The notes beneath the pieces were generated by a model. That model saw only the letters and a list, made by a program, of their open reading frames with translations. It searched no databases and was not told the DNA's origin. DNA of 59,289 nucleotides, filler included, from Squatina squatina (Eukaryota): NCBI GenBank assembly GCA_031763465.1. It is 4 parts of 3 records of this genome, joined end to end, with 100 filler letters (N's around TTAATTAATTAA, not from the genome) between each part and the next. Parts side by side here need not be neighbours in the genome. Positions count along the whole stretch, not along the records: positions 44,107 to 59,289 come from JARFOE010000235.1; 3 more parts are not named here. The stretch is one strand, 5' to 3'. Position numbers and translations under genes: made by a program. Shown here one piece after another: positions 48,089 to 59,289 of this stretch (the stretch's first letter is position 1; every line of letters starts with the position of its first letter).

Positions 48089-50925
48089 NNNNNNNNNNNN
48101 NNNNNNNNNNNNNNNNNNNNNNNNNNNNNNNNNNNNNNNNNNNNNNNNNNNNNNNNNNNNNNNNNNNNNNNNNNNNNNNNNNNNNNNNTGTTCTTTTTAT
48201 AATATGGAGATCAGAACTGTTCACAGTACTCCAAGTGTGGTCTAGCCAAGGTTAAATACTAGTTTAACATAACATCTCTGCTTTTCAACTCTATCCTTCT
48301 AGAAATGAACCCCGGTGCTTTATTTGCTTTTATTTATGGCCTTATTAACCTGCGTCGCTACTTTCAATTACAATATCTCCCAATTTCAGTACCACCGTCC
48401 TGTTGAAGCTCAACGAAACTGTGCCCTGGGAGGAGAAATAAGATAAAAAGCGCAAACTATGTTGATGGAAACAATTAGTCCATTAAAAACACACAAAAAA
48501 GATCATAAAAAGCCTAATAGTTATTTAATTTTAACAGGAACAAGGATTTTCCTTATTAGCATGGAAGAAATTAGCACATTTCACAAAGGGATCTTGATGG
48601 AGAATTCATGTTCACTATTTTACTCAAACAAAATTCTCTCCAAGTGTCTAGACCAGGTGTTGTAGAAATGTTCAGCTTCTACCACAAGTTATGCAAGATA
48701 CATTGGGCTTCTTTTTTCTGATGTCATTTTTTGTTACAAAAAAGCATGTGATATAGAATTATTGACTAAGGAGAGTGGAATCTGAAAAATGACTGTTTGC
48801 ATTGCTTCTTTGGAGGTTTTGCTAAATTTATGGTGGGATCGTTGGACTACACCCACAGAAATCCAGGGCCAATGTCCCTTCAAAATATCATTTTCAGAAA
48901 TAAGAATGGATATATGAACTGAAAGGGATATAGTAGGACAACAAGGTCCTTATTATACACCTTACGGATTAGACTGTGATGTACCTGCAGTTAATTCGGA
49001 AAGTCAGACATTCATCCATCATAAAACATGTTGCATATTCATACAGGTTTGTATGACCTGGAGGTGTGAGTTATACATTGATTTTTGTTGTCTCGCTGTT
49101 TGATGTTAAAGATGTACGCGTAACTTTTCACCAATGCGACCTATACACAGGTATGTTTTTGCTAGCAGTACATCGAATCTAAAATGAATCAAGTGCTGCC
49201 AAACATTCATTCCTAACCTGCTTTCACTCTAAGGTACATCCACTGCTGTTTCTGCTCAGTGTCTGGCCTCTCGGTTTGCCTGGTACTAGAAGATCCAACT
49301 ACATGCCCCGGTGTCAGACCTTCTTTGTCTGCCTTCCTTCTGAAAGTTAGGACAGGAGGTCAAGAAGAGTGCACCGATATTTCCAGAGGGTCCTAGAAAC
49401 AAAAATGTTGGAAAGCCACTGTCTAACAGTTGCTGAAAAAAATGTGTTATGACTTTCTAACACTAGAATGTTTTTTAAAACTATGATTTATCAATCATAA
49501 CAGTGTTGTAGGTCAACATTGATCTCGTCACTTCTCTACAATTATTTTAAGCCCTTTTTCCTTGGTGAAAGCTTGTCTTTGCAGCATTGAACGATTACTG
49601 TGCACTTACAGTATTAAAAAAAGTGTTGTGAGTGCTTTGAAAATTACTGGAAGTGTCACTTTTGAGCAAACTGCTTGAACCACCTGGTATTATCAGTCAC
49701 GTTGTTAACATGGATCAGTCAAGATGTGAAATCCACAAAGATGAAAAAGGCGATATTTATGACTGACTCAGGATCCAGCCTCTCTCTTCCTGGCCTGATT
49801 CTGGTCTCAGCCAACCTGCCCGGCTACTGATCTCAACTTCCTGTCTCTTGCTATGTTCTGCACACTCTAAGTGCCTCCCTGTTCTCTCTCAGTTTCAGCA
49901 TGGGCTTCCACACTGTCCCAGACTCCACACCTCTGCATCACTTCTGGGCTCTCCTCTAATTATACCAAGTTTGTTCAAAAAGATATGAAAGTTCCTCATA
50001 TCTATTGGGGTTGATGGCTGTGTCAAACGAAATCAGAAGAAATTTATTGAAAACACTTTAACCAGTACACTAAAAATAGCTCACAGAGGACAGGAAACCT
50101 ATTAGTGTGAATGATATCATAGATATACGTTAGTTACTGCACTAGCATCAGAGAGAATGCATAGTGTACAAGTGGTAGTAGCATTCTCTTTGGATCATTC
50201 TTGCATTTTCTAAATGATAAACAATTGCAAAGTCATCACCCAGTTATATTGCTAATTGGCATTAGTGCCTGAAATGAATCACAAATTTGCATTTGAACAT
50301 GATTAATGAGAAAGCAACCTTGCAATGAATGAAAAGCTAACATGCGATCCTTATAATTAAACAATGGCAAAATACAATAAACAGCTGTTCTGGGAATTTT
50401 AAAGCATGCTGAGAATATAAATCACCATTACTTGCATTAATGGCATAGCTGCTGATATTTTACACCAGCCAGACATTAAAACTACCACTTTATGGGATGC
50501 CGACAGAGAGTTAAATGAGGGAAAGTAATTATTGCCATTTACTTGTTAGTACAGAAGTGTTTACACCATTAAGTGCTGTCAAGTAGAAACACAGTGTTGA
50601 AACATTAATCATAAATATTATAAAAATCAGTAAATTGCTGATCTTTGCAGTGTTTCCAATGCTTTTGGCTCATTTTTGGTAGACCAGCAGAGCCTTGTAT
50701 ATTTGTGCAATATATAACCAATGGGAACCTATAGGAAAATGAGACCAATATCTGAACAATTGCATTTGGCTTTCCAAATATACCTCAGTCAGGAATAACA
50801 CAAGCCTGGTGATATTCTGGGGCCCNNNNNNNNNNNNNNNNNNNNNNNNNNNNNNNNNNNNNNNNNNNNNNNNNNNNNNNNNNNNNNNNNNNNNNNNNNN
50901 NNNNNNNNNNNNNNNNNNNNNNNNN

Positions 50926-51459
50926 AGCCAACGGCACACGGCAGCCGGACCGAGGCCATGGAGCTGGCAGAGCTGACGGCATACGGCAGCCCGATCAAGG
51001 CTAAATTCAGGGGTGACATCATGTGAAATCATTTTATGGGGTCTGGTGACAAACCCTCAGGCGATTGATGGCCATCGGGCAATGGCCCTGCAACCGTTGG
51101 AATGTAAATCTCAGTCCCCGATATTCAACGCCTACAACAAGATGGCGGCCGGAGCCATCAGAAAAGTGGAACGCTAACTTTTGTAGGCTTTGTTTTTGGG
51201 AGGACTCTTTACGCGCAAAGTTTGGGGAATTTTGAAACAGGGTGCCAACGAGGTGCCGCGCGCACGGATGTAATCATTGGAGGCACTAACTCGTCTCGCC
51301 TGGCCCCGAAGGCGCAAAAGTTTAACGCCTAAAGTTTACCCCTGGCGAATTTCGCGGGAGGCGCAAAACGGCAATTTCACGCCTAAAGAGTTTTTAGTGC
51401 CCCGTTAACGCCTTAAGTAGGCATTATCTGAATTTCGATCCATGCCGAATTTCACCCCC
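50926..51459. mobile_element. GC-rich putative DNA-transposon end with CCGAATTTCACCCCC terminus
   Basis: The terminus is the reverse complement of GGGGGTGAAATT at 26211 and similar to GGGGCTGAAATT at 43957; CpG-rich against AT-rich flanks. Confidence 0.5.
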
Positions 51460-54400
51460 TTGAATGTTATTACATTTTAAGATGGGTACCATAGTCTTTG
51501 CACTCTGGACCATCCTTTCAAATTGACATGAGCAAGTGATCTTCATCCCAATTGTTCACAGGATAAAGTTCTATAAAAATAAATGAAAATAAAAGACATG
51601 AGACTTCAGTCACTTGTCTCCCCTGCTACAGCAAAGAGATGCAAAGGAGAAATGTTGACAAATGGGAAAAGAGAGGAGGAAAGAAAAGAAACCAATAAAA
51701 GCCTTCACTACCATTTTATATGGTATAGCATTAATGCATTTTATCAAATTAATTTGAGAGGCAAATGCATTTTGGCAAATTGTTTTACAGGATTAACTAT
51801 GCACAAACAGGATAAATTGCAAAATGCGAGTTACATCTTTAAATACAAACAAGCAGATCCATTTTATTATAGGTTGTCATCACTCATATTTCTGACATTT
51901 AATCATTACTAATTACACACTCAGCCAAGCTGAATTATGACATTTCATTGCAATTTATTTCCATAAGCTTCAATTTTTCTTTTGAATAGATCTGCCAAAT
52001 GAATTATAGAACAGTCACAAAAATGACTGGTACATCTCGATTTATTTTCATATACGAGAATGGATTCTCGCAGTGGATTGCTGTGGTAATAATGATTGTG
52101 CTGAACAAGCACTGCACAGTTGAGTCACAATTATAAAAGTCTTTACAGTAAATTACTGAGTGAAGATAAAGTCCAGCACTGTTAGCAACATGTCAGCTTG
52201 TTTCTGTTTTTATTGCAAGATAAATGACTCTTTTAATGTTCTGCAGTCAGCCTAATAATGAAATCATGGCCTACATAAAGGCAGAGCTACAACANNNNNN
52301 NNNNNNNNNNNNNNNNNNNNNNNNNNNNNNNNNNNNNNNNNNNNNNNNNNNNNNNNNNNNNNNNNNNNNNNNNNNNNNNNNNNNNNNNNNNNNNACATTA
52401 TACTGCATCTGCCATGCATTTGCCCACTCACTCAACCTGTCCAAATCACACTGGAGTTTCTCTGCATCCTCAGCACACACGCCCACCCAGCTTTGTGTCA
52501 CCCAGGCACACACACAGACAAACACACACACACAAAGACACACAACTCACACACAGACGCGCACACACTCACAGACAGACACACACACACTCACAGACAT
52601 GCACACACACACACACTCACAGACACAAACACAGACACACACACACAGACAAGAGGAGCTAGTTAGATTATTTATGGTCCAGGCAAGTCCAAACTATTCT
52701 TTGAATTGAAATTCCAACAGATAAAAGACTCTTCTTGCTTCTTTAACCAGTACAACTGGAAAATATTTTGGCAATATTATTAAATCCCTAATGTTAGCCT
52801 CTGTAGAGATCTGCAAATTATTTGATTTCAATGTGCATGGTGTTCTGGGCAGCTTACTCTAGCAACATGTAAAATCCAAAGTCCTGTGACAGAAGGATTG
52901 AATCAATTATCTACTCTGTAGGTTTGTATTAATTCAAATTGCATACCTCTGAACCCCCTAGGATTAGGTTACGTGTGAATACAGAAGTAATTAGAGTTCA
53001 GCGTCGTTGGGTGAATTGGATCCAGAAATCAGATTTTTCAGCTTTTTGACATCTGAATCTGAACTTTGCATTCCTTCATGTTCTGATCATTTTCTCAATG
53101 CTTTGGAGCTATGAAGTCTGAATCTGAACTTGCCTGAACTAACCAGTATGTATCTTCCAGTCTTTGAATCAAGCCAAACAGGCATAAGCATTGATCTAAC
53201 CTGAACTGGATTTGGTTGTGTTGCTCTTTGCTCATTTGGCACATGCACACAGCTGCTTTTTTTTTGTAATATTGCTTTCAAAGATTTTGAAGTTGTTTAA
53301 AAAGTCTTAAAAAAGATGTACAGTGAATAATTCAGAAGACTAATTGGAATTCATATGAATTTTTATTGTATTAAGTAATATTAATCCAGCATGGAAACTG
53401 ATAGCATGGCGAGATAATTATTCATACAAGGCATGCTGGAATGTCCATAGAGTTTCATTAACCAGTCAATTCTGATGTATGGGTTGTTACAGCTGGGGCT
53501 TTCTTCAATGACTTTCCACATGTAAACAGCTTGATGCCAGTTTCTGTAAGCAAGCCACATCTCCCATGAGCTGAAATCTGCATCACATATTCTTTATCCC
53601 AGAGTTAGTATAATGCCGGGTCCAACAATTAACTCTGATCACACTAAGGTGTACACAAGATTCCCACTTCATCTCCTGTCAGTTCAGCAGATGGAAAATA
53701 TCAGACCATTTTTACAGGTTAAATTGATCAAATTTATTCACGATTAAAAAATGATTCACAGAAGCAAAGAACATAGGAAACATATTGAATCATGTATTGA
53801 AACTTGTGTATTGTGTATTGAAACTTGTATTAGTGAGCTGAAAATGGAACGTCGCAGAAAGGTTTGCATGGATGGGATATAATATGGCCATTTGTGGTTA
53901 TCTGTTGCTGGAAGGCTCAATATTAACCCTAAATACTTTAATATAGGAACAATGACACACATAGCACTTTTAACATAATTCAATGACCCAAGATGCTTCA
54001 CACAGGAGTGAGACCGACCGAGTGGGTAGATGATTTAAGAGAGTGAGCTGAAGGCATGGTGAAAAAAGATTGATTTTGAGGAGGTGTTTCTTTATTTTAA
54101 AAAGGCAAGGGGAGAAGTAACAATGTGATGGAATTTAGTGAGCATGTTCAAGATGGCTGAAAGCTGTACCCCCAAGGAAAATGGGAAGTGTTGGGGGGGA
54201 GGGGGCGAGGCGAGCATAAGGAGTTAATGCACAAGGGCCCAGTGTACTGTAGGGCACCGGCTGAGACATAGGGTTGGAGAAGTTTGATGATATCACAATT
54301 AAGCAAAAATTGATCAGGGATAGACAATTTTACTTTTTATTGGAATTCTCACAATGATCCTGCAAGTAATACCTATCTAGCTAGTAAATGCTGCCTGAAC

Positions 54401-54717
54401 TGAAAAACAACCCAAATCCTTCTATAAACTATTCAAGTCATTAAAATCCATTTTAATAAACAGAGTTACAATTGTTACTATTCTTTTCCCAAAGAATATT
54501 TTCTCATATTTTTCTCCCCAGTCACAATCATTGGGTCCTATTATATTGGCGTCTTCTCAATCTATTTTGCCTGTATCCTCCATTAACTGTGCCATTTGTT
54601 GGGCCACAGACAATGATTAGTAACTGTCTTTGGAGTCCTAAATGAGTTTGCAGGGCACTCAGGCAATCTGATCAATTGTCCCCTCTCTTCCCTAACCTCA
54701 CGGTACGTTAGAGTGTG

Positions 54718-54825
54718 AGCTGTGGCTCAGTGGGTAGCACCCCACACCCGCCCCCCCTCCCCCACCCCCGAGTCAGAAGGTTGTGGGTTCAGGTCCCACT
54801 CTAGAGACTTGAGCACAAAAATCTA
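54718..54825 (+). mobile_element. tRNA-derived SINE 5' head
   Basis: A-box-like GTGGCTCAGTGGGTAG and B-box-like GGTTCAGGTCCC followed by SINE body; no cloverleaf. Confidence 0.7.
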
Positions 54826-54999
54826 NNNNNNNNNNNNNNNNNNNNNNNNNNNNNNNNNNNNNNNNNNNNNNNNNNNNNNNNNNNNNNNNNNNNNNNNNNN
54901 NNNNNNNNNNNNNNNNNNNNNNNNNATAATTACCTTTGCTGTATTCGCCAACTGCCTGTAAACGCTTATCCATCCAACACTCTTCTGCTTCAAATATAC

Positions 55000-55845
55000 A
55001 AAAGCAAAATACTACGGATGCTGGAAATCGGAAATAAAAACAGGAAATGCTGGAAATACTCAGCAGGTCAGGCAGCATCCGTGGAGAGAGGAACAGATTT
55101 AATGTTTCAGATCGATGACCCTTTGTCAGAACTGGAAAAAGTTAGAGATGTAGTTAGATGTTTTTTAAGCAAGTGCAGGGGCAGGAAATGGTGGCAGGGG
55201 GAGGAAAGAACAAAGGGAAGGTCTATGATAGGGTGGAAGGCAGAAGTGATTAAGGGACAAAAGGGATGATGGGACAGAGCAAAAGGAGGTGGTAATGGGA
55301 CAAGTTAAGAAACAAAGGATGAGTTTAGCTAAGGTGTAAATGCAAGGACTGCAGCGGTTCAAGAAGGCGGCTCATCAGTACCTTCTCAAGGGCAACTAGA
55401 GATGGGCAATAAATGCTGGCCTCGCCAGTGACGCCCACATCCCAGGAACGAAGAAAAAAAATGGTAGAATCATCACAGCTGCTATGGGAAAGAGAGAGAG
55501 AAAAAAACACATAGAAAAAAAAAACAGGGGCCAGGGTTACAGTCTTAAACTGTTGAATTCAATGTTGAGTCCAGNNNNNNNNNNGTGCAAGACAAAAGTA
55601 GATGGTAATCAGCATAAGAAACAAGAGATGTGTCTGGATGGGATGTAGATTGAGAATCAACAACTGCTGTGGGGAAAAAACCCCAGAAATTAACTAAAAA
55701 AGAAAAGGAGCCGAGGTTATGGTTTGAAATTGTTGAACTCAATGTTGAGTCCAGAAGGCTGTAAAGTGCCCAAACAAAGAATGAGGTGCTGTTCCTCGAG
55801 CTTACGTTGAGCTTCATTGGAACAGTGTAAGAGATCGAGGACAGT
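55000..55845 (-). mobile_element. Penelope-like element 3' part (GIY-YIG endonuclease C-terminus + terminal region), with a LINE tail inserted at ~55340-55460
   Basis: Minus reading LLHCSNEAQRKLEEQHLILCLGTLQPSGLNIEFNNF at ~55725-55832; terminal region shared with 42144-42243, 43247-43282 and 12370-12417. Confidence 0.78.
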
Positions 55846-56767
55846 GATACTCTTCTGGTTCCACCTGCTGCCTCCAGCTAATCAATTTTCAATTGGTGGC
55901 TGTGGGCCATCAGGCGCTGGAAGTTCTCTACCACAATTCTGTGGATCAACATATGGATTCAACTGCAGGGCTGAATCAGAGGTGTAAATTTCTCATGTTT
56001 CCCTCTCTCGCTGTGGGGAAGTGCCTGACCTCTGCTCAGTGATTCCTTATGTTGGCATGAAACCATTTGGGGATTCATTGGCATTGAGCCAAGTCCTTTC
56101 ACTCTATGGGATAGTGTGTTAGAGCTCCAGTGTGTTGCATCCCGAGGATCTTTCTGTCAGGCTTGTACGGTATTTAAATTGAGGGTTTAAAAATAAAAAG
56201 CATGGGCCTCACACTCCTGGTTATTATCACATTGAAAAGTACCAGCCTCTGTTTCATGTGGTAACAAACCATATATTAAAAAGCAGACACATCTTCTCAG
56301 GTGCTCTCATCTGTGGTATGAAGTTAAAATGTTCTCACATTTAGAAGGGAGTTCCTGTTTTCATTCCTTTTAAATTTACTACAGACATCTTGGTAATGCT
56401 GTGCATATTCAGACCACCCTTAGAAATAAGNNNNNNNNNNNNNNNNNNNNNNNNNNNNNNNNNNNNNNNNNNNNNNNNNNNNNNNNNNNNNNNNNNNNNN
56501 NNNNNNNNNNNNNNNNNNNNNNNNNNNNNNTTAAGAAAGAAAACCAGAGTTAACAAACTGAGAAGTTTAAACAAAAACAATACGAGTCGGAACTTGTTCC
56601 GAATCCTGTGCAAATTCTTCAAGCCCCTTAATGTTTGGAGGGAGCAACTAGCAAAAGGCAGACACTTTTAATAGTTGAGGAAGAGTGATAATAGACTTGG
56701 CTCCACAAATATGAGCGTGGGAAGTCTGAAAAAACTTGGACTGGTTCTCTCGGCGACATCTCTGGAA

Positions 56768-56817
56768 CCAATAAGCTTCCTGTATCCACCCTCTGTTCCA
56801 TATAATTAGGGGTTTAA
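56768..56817 (+). promoter_or_regulatory. DLX3 proximal promoter candidates: CCAAT (56768-56772) and TATAATTAGG (56801-56810)
   Basis: Motifs seen ~160-200 nt upstream of the ATG; function inferred. Confidence 0.45.
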
Positions 56818-56970
56818 CCACGCCGGGCTTGTTGGGCTACATCAGTTTGCTTTGAGTTGCAGTTGCTGTAAGGATCGCGTCTCCCCGGCGCAGAGTGATG
56901 TGTGCATAGTTTGAGCTTTGCATTTTTAAGATTAAATCGTCTATTTTTAATATATATCTAGTTTGGAACA

Positions 56971-57219
56971 ATGAGTGGAACCTATGAGAAAAAGCTGCCC
57001 AGTCTTCTGACGGACATGCAGGGCTCTATGGGATGTCACCCTGCGAAAGATTCTCCAACTCTGCCAGAGTCTACGGCCACAGATATTGGTTACTATAACC
57101 CACAGTCCTGCCATCCTCAGCACGATTATTATCCGACTTCAGCCTATTCTCAGCCGGTGAACCACTATCCGTACCATCAGTTTAACCTGAACAACATTCC
57201 CGGGCCTGGCTCCTACTCT
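56971..57219 (+). CDS. DLX3: Distal-less homeobox 3, exon 1 (recognisable part)
   Basis: [15 protein letters not shown]...[23 protein letters not shown]...HQFNLN..G.GSYS aligns to the DLX3 N-terminus; homology stops at the minisatellite. Confidence 0.88.
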
Positions 57220-57903
57220 TTATCCTGGTCCCGGCTCCTTCACTCTCTCTATCCCGGGCCTGGCTCCTTCTCTCTATCCTGGGCCCCAGCTCCTCCTCTC
57301 TCTCTCTCAGGCCTGGCTCCATCTCTCTCTCTTTCCCATGCCCGGCTCCTTCTCTCTCTCTATCCCGGGCCTGGCTCCTTCTCTCTATCCTGGGCACAGC
57401 TCCTTCTCTCTCTCAGACCCAGCTCCTTCTCTCTCTCTATCCCAGGACCAGCTCCTTCTCTCTATCCCAGGCCCGGCTCCCTCTCTCTATCCCGGGCCTG
57501 GCTCCTTCACTCCCTCTATCCTGGGCCCGCCTCCTTCTTTTTATCCCGGGCCCGGCTCCTTCTCTCTATCCAGGGAGCGGCTTCTTCTCTCTTCCTGGGC
57601 CCGGCTCCTACTCTCTGTCCATCCCGGGCACAGCTCCGTTTCTCTCTCTCTCCCGGGTCCGGTTCCTTCTCTCTATCCCGGGCCCAGCTCCTTCTCTCTA
57701 GCCTGGGCCCGGCTCCTTCTGTCTCTCTATACCGGGCCCAGCTCTTTCCTTCTCTCTATCCTGGTCCCGGCTCCTTCTCTCTCTCTATCCAGGGCCCAGC
57801 TCTTTCTTTCTCTCTATCCTGGGCCTGGCTCCTTCTCTCTATCACAGGCCCGGCTCCTTCACTCTCTCTATCCCGGGCCCGGCTCCTTCTCCCTATCCCG
57901 GGC
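57198..57903 (+). repeat. Minisatellite, ~22-28-bp unit CTCTCTATCCCGGGCCYGGCTCCTT, running into a 217-N gap
   Basis: Seen directly; the first unit overlaps DLX3 codons IPGPGSYS. Confidence 0.95.
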
Positions 57904-58905
57904 NNNNNNNNNNNNNNNNNNNNNNNNNNNNNNNNNNNNNNNNNNNNNNNNNNNNNNNNNNNNNNNNNNNNNNNNNNNNNNNNNNNNNNNNNNNNNNNNN
58001 NNNNNNNNNNNNNNNNNNNNNNNNNNNNNNNNNNNNNNNNNNNNNNNNNNNNNNNNNNNNNNNNNNNNNNNNNNNNNNNNNNNNNNNNNNNNNNNNNNNN
58101 NNNNNNNNNNNNNNNNNNNNATCCCTTCTCTCTGTATTATCACTTAAAAAGAGAGGGAAAACGGAACATTTAAATGGTACGGTAGCAGCAGAGCCCATCC
58201 TTTAAAAAGTATAGCAGCAAAACAAACTCGTGGAAAATTCTGGAAAAGGGGCTTCAAAGTCACTGCAGAGGGGGGAGCGACGGAGCCCGAGGAATTCATT
58301 CTCTTTAATTTAAACTTTATCAAATATTAGCAATGTTAAATAAATAGTTAAATAAGTCAATTAAAAAAAATCAGAGTAGCTAATTACTAATAAATTTGAA
58401 ATCAAGCTAAATCAATCTACTAAATACAACCTAGACCTCAAGTGATTCTATTAGTTCTGCTAACAATCAATAAATAAATAAACATTAGCCTGTGTATGAA
58501 TGACACGGAACAGGAAACCTGAAAAGAGATTTTACTATTCAAATAAGATGATAAAACTCTGGTTTATATCTTGTAATAATAACTATCAATAATAACTAGC
58601 ACTTTCTTCCCCCTTTTTGTACTTTGTACCATTAAACAAAACATTGAATGAACTAATGGGATGAATTAGGCCCAGAGTTTTGAGATAGTATGTTTCCTTT
58701 TACATTATTCTGCCGTGTTGCATTCCTGAAGGAATGTAACAATAAAGATTATCACTCTGTATTCCATTTGCATTCACAGCGTGAACTGGGATTCTTGTCG
58801 TCAGGAAGGAACTCTTCGCCTAGTCTGAACTCTTTAATTGTTTTTTTTAATGTGAAATCTCGACAATTCAGAGAGTCGGTGTTTAATTGTTTGTGATGTG
58901 CTTAA

Positions 58906-59199
<294 letters not shown>

Positions 59200-59289
59200 T
59201 GACTTAAGCTCCACACCCGTTTATTACTGGGACAGGCCTCGGGTTTTTTTTCCCCTACATTGGCTCAAAAGCAGACACACCAGCAACCT

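Noticed and set aside
54718-54825. tRNA gene
   Set aside because: A/B-box-like motifs, but disrupted spacing, no cloverleaf, and it continues into SINE body.
55530-55755. Direct duplication TGTTGAAyTCAATGTTGAGTCCAG
   Set aside because: Flanks a 10-N gap inside a Penelope-like repeat; likely two copies joined by assembly.

Overview
Eukaryotic, intron-containing vertebrate DNA, most likely a cartilaginous fish (shark). This is inferred from the repeat complement (CR1, RTE and L2 LINEs, Deu-domain SINEs, Penelope-like ends, Harbinger-type Myb/SANT remnants) and the NLR style. The window is not one locus. Three artificial linkers (44 N + TTAATTAATTAA + 44 N at 15163-15262, 28083-28182 and 44007-44106) join four unrelated pieces, and each piece is a string of short contigs separated by mostly 100-N gaps. 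Segment 1 (1-15162) carries MHC-framework exons (CSNK2B, GPANK1, VPS52, DAXX) plus a divergent RPL5-like gene. Segment 2 (15263-28082) carries OSBP, PATL1 and ZFP91 exons (human 11q12 synteny) and damaged NLR (NACHT/LRR) genes. Segment 3 (28183-44006) carries a cytosolic HSP70 with an atypical intron, a NACAD exon and an RSK (RPS6KA) exon. Segment 4 (44107-59289) is a stack of RTE LINE fragments, CNE-like noncoding DNA, a Penelope-like element and DLX3, whose exon 1 runs into a minisatellite. Gene calls rest on my recall of vertebrate protein sequences plus visible splice sites; no database search was run. Order and orientation across gaps are not reliable. Best leads: a possible MHC-linked RPL5 ohnolog, an HSP70 with an apparently gained intron, a ZNF692/ZNF653-type N-terminal domain on ZFP91, and minimal hammerhead-ribozyme motifs in Penelope-like ends.
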